Source of the DNA: an uncultured Pseudomonadota bacterium
GTDB lineage: Bacteria; Myxococcota_A; Polyangia; Fen-1088
Length of the DNA: 64,000 bases
NCBI GenBank assembly: GCA_963847705.1
Contig: CAWKBC010000047.1
Location: forward strand, 32,001-96,000
Reading direction: 5' to 3'
Positions 55,095-64,000 of this stretch are shown in pieces (positions within the stretch are counted from its first letter, which is position 1; each line of letters starts with the position of its first letter). The notes under the pieces are model-generated. The model ran no database searches. It had not been told where the DNA came from and saw nothing but the letters and a program-made list of their open reading frames with translations. The position numbers and the translations under genes were made by a program.

Positions 55095-55103
55095 GGAGAG
55101 GGG
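55062..55103. repeat. [21 protein letters not shown]-like palindrome
   Basis: CCCTCTCCCCGC-GGGA-GCGGGGAGAGGG followed by CTAGGGAGAGGGG. Confidence 0.7.
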
Positions 55104-55118
55104 CCCGCGGTCCGCCCT

Positions 55119-55703
55119 TTAGTGAACCCGGCAGGTGTACGGCAGCGCGCCCAAGATCTCCGCCTCGCGCTGCCCGAGCACCTCCAGGCGCTCCGCGTAC
55201 AACTCGGCCGTGACCAGCGGCCGCGCCAGCTCCAGGAAGATCTCGGCGTGGCGCTCCTCGGCGTCGCCGAGCGCGGTGTAAAAATCAGCCAGCGCTGGCT
55301 CACCGCTGGCGGCGAACCCGCGCGCCAACAGGCCCAGCCGCTCATGCGACCGCGCCTCGATGAACGCCGCGACCAGCAGCGCATCGAGCAGCCGCTCGGG
55401 CTCCCGCCCCCGCACCTCCTCCATCAGCCCGCGCGCATACAGATTGGGAAAATCGCCGCGCGGCGTCCACCCCCGCCGCCCCAGCAAGGCCGCCACCTGC
55501 ACGACGTGGCTGGTCTCCTCGTGCGCCAGCCGCGACAGCTGCGCGACCGAGGCACCCCGGTGCGGGTAGCGCCGCACCAGCGACAACGCGTTCTCCGCCG
55601 CCTTCCGCTCGCAGTGGAGGTGATCCGACAGCAGCGCCCGCAGATCGGCCGCGCTCGCCGAGAACCAGCGGGGATGCGTGCAGGAACGAAGGATCGTCGC
55701 CAT
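55119..55703 (-). CDS. miaE: tRNA-(ms2io6A)-hydroxylase
   Basis: DHLHCERKAA, EETSH, IEARSHER and AEERH di-iron motifs. Confidence 0.85.
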   Translation of the reverse strand: MATILRSCTHPRWFSASAADLRALLSDHLHCERKAAENALSLVRRYPHRGASVAQLSRLAHEETSHVVQVAALLGRRGWTPRGDFPNLYARGLMEEVRGREPERLLDALLVAAFIEARSHERLGLLARGFAASGEPALADFYTALGDAEERHAEIFLELARPLVTAELYAERLEVLGQREAEILGALPYTCRVH

Positions 55704-55731
55704 CGATCGAAGGTGGGAAACCGGGAGCCTA

Positions 55732-57546
55732 TCAGAGCATCGTGAGCAGCGCGGCGATGGCAGCGCCGAGCGTGTAGAGCGATTCGCCGGCGATGAGGCC
55801 GCCGCCGATCAGCGACGGGGTGCTCATGTCCTCGGGCAGGGCGTCGCCGTGCTCCTCGGGCGTGGCCACCGGCGGGCGGCGCGGGGAGAGCAGCGACGTC
55901 AGCAAGCTGCCGGCCGCGAACCAGGCGGCGGTCGAGATCTCCAGGAACCCGCCCGTCGACGAGGCGTAGGGGCTCGACAGCAGGACCGCGTCGACCAGCC
56001 AGCCGACGACCGCGCCGGCGCCGCCCGAGGCCACGAAGCGTCCATAGGCCCCCCAGCGCTTCATGAGCTTTCGCAGCACCTCGGTCCCGAAGCCGATCCC
56101 GAAGCCGAGCCAGAGCGCGGTCACCTGGTACGGCTTCAGATGCCCCATGCCCCGGATGGCGCCCACGAACTTGAATGTCATCGCCGACTGCCAGCCGCCC
56201 ACGCGCGCCTCGGGGTGGGTGAAGGTGTCGACGCGCAGGATCGGATAGGCGGTCATGAAGAGCTGCGCCATCAGCACGCAGAGGACCGAGCCGACGACGA
56301 TTCCCACGGCCTGGTAGCGAAACTGGATCGCCCGGTCGGAGCCGAGCCGCCAGCCGGTCGAGCGATCCTGCTGCATGTCGACGCCGACGGTGGTGGAGAC
56401 GAGCAGGATGCTGGCCGCCATCATGGCCACGATCGGCGAGCGGAGGCCGAGCGCGGACATCATCAGGACCGAGACGACGAAGGCGCTGGAGATGGGGTTC
56501 CAGTCCGAGATGCCGGTGGAGATGCCGTTCACGAACACGAAGAGAAAGACCAGCGCCAGCGCGAACAGCACGTAGCCGACCGGCTGCCCCAGGAGCAGGG
56601 TCGCCACCAGCACCAGCGCCGCGCCCCAGACGATCACCCAGGCCAGGAGGCGCCCGCTGCTGAGGCCGCCCGATTGCACCGGCGCACGCGGAGCGCCTCG
56701 CCGGGCCCGCAGGCGGCGCGCTGCCTCGCGCCCGATGACGGCCAGGTCGACCACCGCCGCGCCCATGATCATCGCCAGGCCGACCAGAAAGCCGATCTTG
56801 CGGAACGGATCGTGCGGGCCGAGGTACCCGGCGGCGCGCAGGCGCGGCACCAGCAGCTCGCCCAGGCCGCCCATCACCAGCGCGGGGACGCCGATGCGCG
56901 AGCCGACAATCAGGCCGGCGCCGACGGTCGAGGCGGAGATGCCGATCCGCTCCAGCCAGGCGACCCGCGACACCAGCGCCGCGATGGCGATGCCGGCGCC
57001 GGTGCCGCCGCCCAGCTTGCCGATCGAACGGCGCAGGAGCCGCCTGTCCGTCAGGGCGCGCAGGATGTTGGCCACCGCGTGCCCCGAGGGAAACTCGAGC
57101 TGCAGGCGGTCGACCAGGACCGGCGTGTAGAGCATGCCGACGCCGATCCCGAACATGCCGATGCAACCGAAGTAGAGCCCCAGCTTCCAGCCGGCCGGCA
57201 GCGGCATCCCCAGCCAGACCATCGCCTGGATGAGGACGCACATGCCGGCCAGGTCGGCGACCGAGGCCGCCATGGTCTGGATGTAGTTGGCGCCGTGCTT
57301 GCCCTCGGCGCCGTAGCCGTAGGTCACGACGCTTCCCAGGATGCCGGCCAGCACCTGGGCGCCGACCGAGAACCCCAGGCTGAAGGTCATGTACGCGGCG
57401 GTGACCCCGCCGAGCGGGCCGAGGATGAACAGCGCCACCGCGCCGAGCAGCAGGTGATAGCGGAGGCTCCCCGGTGCGGGCAAGAACCGCTGCAAGGACC
57501 GATGCGGCAAGCGACGCGCCCCGGGACGACCGTCCGATTCGGTCAT
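55732..57546 (-). CDS. OPT/YSL family transporter
   Basis: ANYIQTMAAS, FPSGHAVA, DMQQDRSTG and GGLIAGES motifs; many TM helices. Confidence 0.85.
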   Translation of the reverse strand: MTESDGRPGARRLPHRSLQRFLPAPGSLRYHLLLGAVALFILGPLGGVTAAYMTFSLGFSVGAQVLAGILGSVVTYGYGAEGKHGANYIQTMAASVADLAGMCVLIQAMVWLGMPLPAGWKLGLYFGCIGMFGIGVGMLYTPVLVDRLQLEFPSGHAVANILRALTDRRLLRRSIGKLGGGTGAGIAIAALVSRVAWLERIGISASTVGAGLIVGSRIGVPALVMGGLGELLVPRLRAAGYLGPHDPFRKIGFLVGLAMIMGAAVVDLAVIGREAARRLRARRGAPRAPVQSGGLSSGRLLAWVIVWGAALVLVATLLLGQPVGYVLFALALVFLFVFVNGISTGISDWNPISSAFVVSVLMMSALGLRSPIVAMMAASILLVSTTVGVDMQQDRSTGWRLGSDRAIQFRYQAVGIVVGSVLCVLMAQLFMTAYPILRVDTFTHPEARVGGWQSAMTFKFVGAIRGMGHLKPYQVTALWLGFGIGFGTEVLRKLMKRWGAYGRFVASGGAGAVVGWLVDAVLLSSPYASSTGGFLEISTAAWFAAGSLLTSLLSPRRPPVATPEEHGDALPEDMSTPSLIGGGLIAGESLYTLGAAIAALLTML

Positions 57547-58124
57547 GGGGTGGGGGTCGGGGCGCGGCGCGCGCGGCCGATGGCGATGGCGCGTTTCACG
57601 TAATCGATCAGCGCCACGATCCCCAGCCCGAACGCCAGGCAGATGGGGAGGGTCGCGGGGAGACCGGCCACCAGCGCGCCGATCGCCAGGAACTGCGCGA
57701 TGGTCGCCGCCTTGCCGAGCACGCTGGCGCGGAAGTCGTAGCGCAGCCAGCGTCGCAAGGTGGGAATGGCCCGGTAGACGATCGACATCGGGAGCTGGAT
57801 GAGCTCGCGGGCGACGATCAGCGCCAGCATCGCGAGCGGGACGCCGCGCTCGAAGTGCAGGGCCGCCAGCACCGCGCCCACGAACAGCTTGTCGCAGATC
57901 GGATCGAGCCAGGAACCGGCGCCTGCCAGCGCGGTGCCGCGCCGGCGTGCCAGCGTCCCGTCGAGCACGTCGGTCGCCGCCGCCGCGCCCATCACCCCGA
58001 GCGCGGCGGCGGCGCGCCCCGGCGTCGGTCCGAGCACCATCCAGAACAGCCAGCCGAGCGGCAAGCGCGCCAGGCTCAGCAGGTTCGGCAGCGTGAAGAA
58101 GGGGATGGGGACAGCTTCCGGCAT
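57543..58124 (-). CDS. CDP-alcohol phosphatidyltransferase
   Basis: LPNLLSLAR and DVLDGTLARR..GSWLDPICD signature. Confidence 0.9.
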   Translation of the reverse strand: MPEAVPIPFFTLPNLLSLARLPLGWLFWMVLGPTPGRAAAALGVMGAAAATDVLDGTLARRRGTALAGAGSWLDPICDKLFVGAVLAALHFERGVPLAMLALIVARELIQLPMSIVYRAIPTLRRWLRYDFRASVLGKAATIAQFLAIGALVAGLPATLPICLAFGLGIVALIDYVKRAIAIGRARRAPTPTP

Positions 58125-58191
58125 CCGGTCCCTCGAAGCGTAACACTGCGGCAGGACCGGTGAGGGCACCCGGGCGTCCGACGTTCATCGA

Positions 58192-59526
58192 TCAATGAAA
58201 GAGCTGGTCCGCCTGGTGGTGTTGCAGTCCGCCATCGACGGTGCCGCCGGCCGGGATGACGACCTCGTCGAAGACCTCGCCGTCACCGCAGGCGATGTTT
58301 TCGTTCCCCATCGACCGTGGACCGCAGATCGCCTCGATCCGCAGCTCCGTCGGGCGCACCGAAACCTTGAGGAAGCCGTAGTGGATCGCGCGAACGGCGG
58401 TGAACGCGGGCGGCTTGCAGACGTCCCACAGGCAGGGGCCCGTCGCGTGCTCGGGTGCGCCGCCGCCCGTTCCCGCGGTGATGTGCACGACGTGCGCCTG
58501 CGGGTTCGTTCGCTCGTAAACGTGGCTGTGCCCGTTCAGGTTCAAGACGTATTTCGGAAACCGTTTGCCGAAGCCGTCGAGGATCGCACGCAGCTGCAGA
58601 TCGCTGCCGTGGTGGCCCGACGAGTAGGCGGGGCGGTGGCCGGCGGTGATCACGAACTTGATGAGTGGGCTCGCCTCGGCTTCGACGAAGAGGGGCTCGG
58701 CCCGCTTGGCCCAGTCGACCCAGGTGTCGTGCGTGTAGGGCTCGGGATAGATGATGAAGCGGACCGACCCGAAGTCGAACCAGTACCAGTCCTTGCCGCA
58801 GCAGCCGAGGGTCGGGGCGCCGGGTGAGGCCGCGGCGTGCGGAAGCGCGAACCGTCCCTTGTAGTTGCGCAGATCGTCGCGCTGAGGATCGCTCCATTCG
58901 TGGTTGCCCCAGGCCGGCATGTAGGCCGCCCGTTGCGACCAGACCATGACGTCCTCGAAGTGACGATCGACGGCCGACTGATTCTTGAGGTCTGCGTAGG
59001 AGAGATCGCCGAGCGCCAGCACGAACCAGGGCTCGGTGAGGCTCATGTCGCGGTGGACGCCGGCCGCGGCGGGCTGGCCACCCGAGTCGCCCATGTCACC
59101 CACCGCGGCGAAGGTGAAATCCGAGGCGCCCGGCGCCGGCGGCGCGTGAAACGAATGCCCTTGTGGGTTGAATGGGTGGCCCACCTCGAACTCGTACTCG
59201 AGGCCGGGGACCAGCTGATCGGCGACCGCCTCCTGGAACGGGCCGCGCATGGAGGTGGGGGTGGGGCTGGCCGGGTGCGCGTCCACCGTGCGCGGCGGGA
59301 GACCCTTGGCCCAGTAGCGCACGGTCGTTCCGTCGCCGCGCCAGTCGAAGGTGACGGCGTCGGCGGCCGTGTAGGTGAAGTGAACCTCGTGTGGCTCCTG
59401 CGTCGTCGGCAGCGCCACCGGCATCGGCATCGACGCGTCGAAGCGCCCCAGGAGCTCGGCCGCCCCCCCACGGCATCCGCTGGCGGCCGCCAGCACGATG
59501 AGCGCCAGCGCGCGCGCTATCCGCAC
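58192..59526 (-). CDS. Purple acid phosphatase-like metallophosphoesterase lipoprotein
   Basis: GDMG, GDLSY, GNHE, GHRP and GHSHVYER motifs; lipobox ASGC. Confidence 0.85.
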   Translation of the reverse strand: MRIARALALIVLAAASGCRGGAAELLGRFDASMPMPVALPTTQEPHEVHFTYTAADAVTFDWRGDGTTVRYWAKGLPPRTVDAHPASPTPTSMRGPFQEAVADQLVPGLEYEFEVGHPFNPQGHSFHAPPAPGASDFTFAAVGDMGDSGGQPAAAGVHRDMSLTEPWFVLALGDLSYADLKNQSAVDRHFEDVMVWSQRAAYMPAWGNHEWSDPQRDDLRNYKGRFALPHAAASPGAPTLGCCGKDWYWFDFGSVRFIIYPEPYTHDTWVDWAKRAEPLFVEAEASPLIKFVITAGHRPAYSSGHHGSDLQLRAILDGFGKRFPKYVLNLNGHSHVYERTNPQAHVVHITAGTGGGAPEHATGPCLWDVCKPPAFTAVRAIHYGFLKVSVRPTELRIEAICGPRSMGNENIACGDGEVFDEVVIPAGGTVDGGLQHHQADQLFH

Positions 59527-60599
59527 TGGCCTCGCTGACGCAAAAAATGATCGGCCAGGACCAGCGCCAGCATCGCCTCGACGATGGGGACCGCGCGCGG
59601 CAGCACGCAGGGATCGTGGCGGCCGCGCGCCTTGATCGTCGTGTCGTGGCCATTCTCGTCGACGGTCTCTTGCTCGCGCAGGATGGTGGCGGTCGGCTTG
59701 AACGCCACCCGGATGACGATCTCCTCGCCGTTGGAGATGCCACCCTGGACGCCGCCCGACCGATTCGTCCGCGTCCGCACCTTGCCGGCGCCATTGTAAA
59801 ACGGATCGTTGTGCTGGCTGCCGGTGAGGCGCGTGCCCGCGAAACCGCTGCCGATCTCGAACCCCTTGGCGGCCGGCAGCGACAGCATGGCCTTGGCCAG
59901 ATCGGCGTCCAGCTTGTCGAACACCGGTTCGCCCAGTCCGGGTGGAACGCCGCGCGCGACCGCCTCGACGACTCCCCCCAGCGAGTCGCCCGCTTTTCGT
60001 GCGGTCTCAATCAGCGCGATCATCTTGGTCGCCGTCGCTCCGTCGGGGCAGCGGACGATGTTGGACTCGACCGCCTCCCGCGTCACGCTGGTCGTGTCGA
60101 CCTCGACCTCCAGGTCCTGCACGCGCTGCACCCAGGCGACGATGTCGACGGCGCCCGCGGCGGCGAGCGCCTTCCTGGCCAGCACGCCGGCCGCCACCCG
60201 CCCGATCGTCTCGCGGGCGCTGGCCCGGCCGCCCCCCTCCCAGGCGCGGAGGCCGAACTTCGCCTGATAGGTGTAGTCGGCGTGCGAGGGGCGAAATTTG
60301 GTCCGCATCTCGTCATAGTCCCCGGAGCGCTGGTCGGAGTTGCGGACCAGCAGCGAGATTGGCGTCCCCAGGGTGACGCCGTCGCGCACGCCCGAGAGGA
60401 TCTCGACCGTGTCGGACTCCCGCCGCTGCGTGGTGATGGCGCTCTGTCCCGGGCGCCGGCGGTCGAGCTCGACCTGGATCTCTTCGACGGTGATGGGCAG
60501 TCGGGGCGGGCAGCCATCGATCACCACGCCGACGGCAGGGCCATGCGACTCCCCGAAGGTCGTCACCCGAAACATCGTTCCGAAGCTGTTGCCGCTCAT
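59517..60599 (-). CDS. aroC: Chorismate synthase
   Basis: FGESHG, RPSHAD, SARET and GRHDPCV motifs. Confidence 0.97.
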   Translation of the reverse strand: MSGNSFGTMFRVTTFGESHGPAVGVVIDGCPPRLPITVEEIQVELDRRRPGQSAITTQRRESDTVEILSGVRDGVTLGTPISLLVRNSDQRSGDYDEMRTKFRPSHADYTYQAKFGLRAWEGGGRASARETIGRVAAGVLARKALAAAGAVDIVAWVQRVQDLEVEVDTTSVTREAVESNIVRCPDGATATKMIALIETARKAGDSLGGVVEAVARGVPPGLGEPVFDKLDADLAKAMLSLPAAKGFEIGSGFAGTRLTGSQHNDPFYNGAGKVRTRTNRSGGVQGGISNGEEIVIRVAFKPTATILREQETVDENGHDTTIKARGRHDPCVLPRAVPIVEAMLALVLADHFLRQRGQCG

Positions 60600-61051
60600 C
60601 GCAGTCTCGGCAGGTGGGTGATCATGCCACGAGGGGTCGATTCACCCGCCAGCATGAACAGGCGGCCGTTTCCCTCCTCGATCTGCAGGTAGCGATCGCC
60701 CGCCGCGCGGTAGCGCCAGACCTGCAGCGCGCCCGCGGCGTGATCGGGGACCAGGCCGTCGATCTCGATCACCGCCCGCGCCGCCAGCCGCTGCACGTAG
60801 CTGAGCTGGTGGTAGTCGATGCTGTCGGGCGGCGGCATCGCCAGGTCGAGATCGTGGACCTCGTGCAGCACCAGCAGGCGCTCAGCGGGCGGGCCGGCTT
60901 CATCGGCGGGAAATTCGACCCAGGCCGTCGTCTCGCCGTCGACGGAGCGGGCCATCACCGACCGCTTTCCCGCCAGGAGATATCCGACCGTCCCTTCAAC
61001 CACGTAATCTCGACCAGAGAAGCTCAGCACGTCGCGGATATGGATGGGCAC
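60596..61051 (-). CDS. Hypothetical protein (DUF4178-like)
   Basis: GRDYVVEG N-terminus and WRYR..LQIE; stop overlaps the aroC start. Confidence 0.5.
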   Translation of the reverse strand: MPIHIRDVLSFSGRDYVVEGTVGYLLAGKRSVMARSVDGETTAWVEFPADEAGPPAERLLVLHEVHDLDLAMPPPDSIDYHQLSYVQRLAARAVIEIDGLVPDHAAGALQVWRYRAAGDRYLQIEEGNGRLFMLAGESTPRGMITHLPRLR

Positions 61052-61110
61052 GGGGGGCGGGCTCCTTGACAGGTCGAAGGTCGGGCGATTATACGGGCCA
61101 GCGGCACACC

Positions 61111-62220
61111 GTGAAGCTGGAAGTCATCCGCGTCATCGACGACGACGGAAAGGTCGTCCACCCGGAGCGCGAGCCGGCGCTGACCGGCGAGGACCTGCGC
61201 CGTCTTTTCAGGACGATGCTGCTCGTTCGCCTGCTCGACGAGCGCATGCTGCTGCTGCAGCGGCAGGGGAGGATGGGGTTTTACCTGACCTCGCTGGGCG
61301 AGGAGGCGACGCACATCGGCGCCGCGCACGCCCTGCGCCTGGGCGACTGGCTCTACCCCGCTTACCGCGAGATCGGGGCGGCGCTCTACCGCGGCTACCC
61401 GCTCAACACCTTCATGTGCCAGCTCTACGGCAACGCCGACGATCCGGTGAAGGGGCGCCAGATGCCGGTGCACCACTCGGTGCGGCGGCTGAACTTCGTC
61501 TCGGTCAGCTCACCGGTCGGCTCGCACATCCCGCACGCGGTGGGGACCGCCTGGGCGGCCAAGCTGCAGAAGACGGAGGACGTCGCGCTCGCCTTCTTCG
61601 GCGACGGCGCCACCTCGACACCCACGTTCCATGTCAGCGCCACCTTCGCCGCGCTCTACAAGGTGCCGGCCATCCTGTTTTGCCGCAACAACGGCTGGGC
61701 CATCTCCGTGCCGTCCTCGACGCAGAGCGCGACGCCTTCCTTCGCCCAGAAGGCCATCGCCTACGGGATGCGAGGCGTTCTGGTCGACGGCAACGATCTG
61801 CTGGCGGTGATTCACGTGGTGGCCGAGGCGGCGGCGCGCGCCCGGCGCGGCGAGGGGCCCACCTTGATCGAGGCCCGCACCTATCGCAGGGGCGCCCACA
61901 GCACCTCCGACGATCCGTCCGTCTATCGCGATCCCGCGGAGCCCAAGGCCTGGGAGCGCCGGGATCCCATTGATCGCATTCGCAGCTACGCGAGCGCGCG
62001 GGGGGAGCTGGACGCGGCGTTCGAAGCCAAGGCGCGGGAGGAGATCAACGCCGAGATCCGGGCCGCGCTCGCCCACGCCGAGGGGCGCCCGGGCAAGCCG
62101 CCCCTCGCCAGCCTGGTGGAGGACGTCTACGCCGAGCCGACCCCTCGCCTGCGCGAGCAGCTGGCCGGGCTGGAGGCGGAGATCGCCAAGCACGGGGCCA
62201 AGCGCCCGCCGCACGGCTGA
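61111..62220 (+). CDS. 2-oxoacid dehydrogenase E1 alpha subunit (branched-chain type)
   Basis: LQRQGRMGFY, GRQMPVH, FGDGATS..RNNGWAIS and TYRRGAHSTSDD motifs. Confidence 0.9.
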   Translation: MKLEVIRVIDDDGKVVHPEREPALTGEDLRRLFRTMLLVRLLDERMLLLQRQGRMGFYLTSLGEEATHIGAAHALRLGDWLYPAYREIGAALYRGYPLNTFMCQLYGNADDPVKGRQMPVHHSVRRLNFVSVSSPVGSHIPHAVGTAWAAKLQKTEDVALAFFGDGATSTPTFHVSATFAALYKVPAILFCRNNGWAISVPSSTQSATPSFAQKAIAYGMRGVLVDGNDLLAVIHVVAEAAARARRGEGPTLIEARTYRRGAHSTSDDPSVYRDPAEPKAWERRDPIDRIRSYASARGELDAAFEAKAREEINAEIRAALAHAEGRPGKPPLASLVEDVYAEPTPRLREQLAGLEAEIAKHGAKRPPHG

Positions 62221-62293
62221 GATTCCCCGGGGGCGCACCGGTCCGCGGACCACCGGTATAGAAAAGTCGGGGATATGCCGATAGCTGGGCGAC

Positions 62294-64000
62294 ATGTCAC
62301 TCCATGTCCGCGCAGCGATGCGGAGCAAGCCGCGCGCGGTCTTCGTTGCAACGATCGGCCTCGGGCTCTGGACGGCTTCGGCCGCGCGGGCCCAGGCGCT
62401 GGCCCCTGCGGACCAGCAGCTCGTCCTTGCCGGTGCAGGCGCGGTGAAGATTCTGGTCCGAGGGACGGGGTGGGTCAGCGTCGGCCAACCGGCGCTGGCG
62501 GCCGCGGGCCTCAGCGCCGCTGCGGATCCGGCGTCCCTGCAGCTGTTCGCCGACGGGGTCGAGCAGGCCCTGACGGTGACGGGCAACGGCGACAACCAGT
62601 TCACCGCCGACGAGGCCATCGAGTTTTACGGCGTGGGCCGTGACACGGCCTGGACGGATGTCCGCACCTACTGGTTGCTGGTCGGTTCAGCTGGCGCGCG
62701 GGTCACCGTTCAAGCGGCGCCACCGGCGGGGGCGCCCGGCAGCGCGAGCTATCCGCACACCGAGGCGGTCGTCGGCCGGAGCATCTACGTGGCGGCCGTC
62801 CGGAACGGGGATGCCAGCAACTTCTTCGGCGCCGCGGTCTCGACCACACCGGTCACGATCACCGTGCCTGCTCCCAACCCGGATCCTTCGGCGGCGGTCC
62901 CCCCGGTCCTCAGCGTCGGCCTGCAGGGCGTGACCGCCACGGCGCACGCCGTGGACGTGACGCTGAACGGCCTGGCGCTGGGCACCTGCACCCTGCAGGG
63001 GGTGGCGGACACGACCTGCTCCTACCCGGCCACCGGCCTCCTCGCCGGAGCCAACAGCGTCACGCTGGCGGCCCATGATCCAACCGACTACACGGTCACC
63101 GAGACCATCTCGGTCAGCTATTCTCATCTCTACGCTGCCGACGGCGACAGCTTGGCCTTCACGGCGCAGGGCGGGTCGCGGGTCGACATCGGCGGCTTCA
63201 CCGAGGGCGACGTCCGGGTCATCGACGTCACGGACCCGACCAGGCCCATCCAGCTGGTCACCTCCGTCAGCGGCATGGGCAGCGCCGGCGCTTTCCACGC
63301 CGTGGTCGACGTTCCGGCCGGTGCGTCGTCCCGGGCGCTCTACGCCTTCACCGGCCCGAACGTCCTGGCCCCGGTCGCGGTGCAAGCCGACGCGCCCTCA
63401 CACTGGTCCACCCCGCAAGACGGAGAGCTGCTGATCCTTTCGCACGCTTCATTCCTGAGCGCGCTCGGGCCGTTGGTGGCCCGCCGCCAGGCGGAGGGCT
63501 GGCGGGTGCAACTGGTCGATCTGGCCGACGTCTATGACGAGCGGGGATTCGGCGACAAGAGCACCGATGCGGTCCGCGACTTCATCCAGGCGGCGCGCGC
63601 GACCTGGCCGGTTCCGCCCCGCTTCGTCCTGCTGGTCGGCGATGCCACGTTCGACCCGCGCAACTTCCTGGGCCTCGGAGACTTCGACTTTGCGCCGACG
63701 CCCCTCATCGACACCGCCAGCATGGAGACGGCGTCCGACGATTGGTTCGTGGACCCGAATCTGGACGGCATCCCGGAGCTGGCCATCGGGCGATGGCCGG
63801 TGCGCACCGCCGATCAGGCGGCGGCGGTGGTGGCCAAGACCCTGGGCTACGCGGGGCTCGCGGACCTCGGCCGGGGTGGTCTGTTCGTCAGCGACGAGGA
63901 CGATCCCACCGACCCGACTCTGGACTTCACCGCTGCCAGCGCCCAGGCGGCGGCGCAGGTCTCCGGCCAGATGTCCGCCGAGCTGTTCCGGCGTGCGGAT
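62294..64000 (+). CDS. C25 (gingipain-like) peptidase family protein, 3'-truncated
   Basis: Signal peptide; VYDERGFG, FVLLVGDATFD, SDDWFVD and PELAIGRWP. Open to the window end and absent from the ORF track. Confidence 0.8.
   Translation, partial: MSLHVRAAMRSKPRAVFVATIGLGLWTASAARAQALAPADQQLVLAGAGAVKILVRGTGWVSVGQPALAAAGLSAAADPASLQLFADGVEQALTVTGNGDNQFTADEAIEFYGVGRDTAWTDVRTYWLLVGSAGARVTVQAAPPAGAPGSASYPHTEAVVGRSIYVAAVRNGDASNFFGAAVSTTPVTITVPAPNPDPSAAVPPVLSVGLQGVTATAHAVDVTLNGLALGTCTLQGVADTTCSYPATGLLAGANSVTLAAHDPTDYTVTETISVSYSHLYAADGDSLAFTAQGGSRVDIGGFTEGDVRVIDVTDPTRPIQLVTSVSGMGSAGAFHAVVDVPAGASSRALYAFTGPNVLAPVAVQADAPSHWSTPQDGELLILSHASFLSALGPLVARRQAEGWRVQLVDLADVYDERGFGDKSTDAVRDFIQAARATWPVPPRFVLLVGDATFDPRNFLGLGDFDFAPTPLIDTASMETASDDWFVDPNLDGIPELAIGRWPVRTADQAAAVVAKTLGYAGLADLGRGGLFVSDEDDPTDPTLDFTAASAQAAAQVSGQMSAELFRRAD

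Overview
A very GC-rich chromosomal window that looks like Myxococcota (Polyangia-like), inferred from its family content: AgmX/PglI-type lipoproteins, Gly/Cys-rich lipoproteins and a myxobacterial T3SS fragment. Most of it is housekeeping or metabolic: argE plus an NAGS-like gene, cynS, lysA, a beta-oxidation operon, glpK, mfd-ppiC-surA, typA, ppx/PiT/DUF47/OprO-P, an M16 peptidase pair, nagA, miaE, aroC, an E1-alpha gene and a truncated C25 peptidase. I found no rRNA, tRNA or CRISPR array. The most unusual signal is non-coding. (i) A RAYT-like Y1 HUH transposase sits in a 1.2-kb module bounded by 25-bp inverted repeats and packed with four different tandem micro-arrays. (ii) A ~170-bp double-hairpin element occurs twice (870-1039 and 15907-16074), with an identical 77-bp core and a second stem around a length-conserved but diverged 34-nt loop; each copy abuts its own tandem array. 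(iii) A second ~63-bp repeat family brackets a TPR-lipoprotein-transposase cassette. Other oddities are an isolated sctK-like/sctL/sctN block, a kinase-degenerate vertebrate-type NAGS, an apparently inactive NlpC/P60 protein, a SnoaL-like gene collapsed by internal deletion, and a REP-like palindrome that forms the end of nagA. Product calls come from motif recognition only; no database searches were run, and several start codons are my best estimates.
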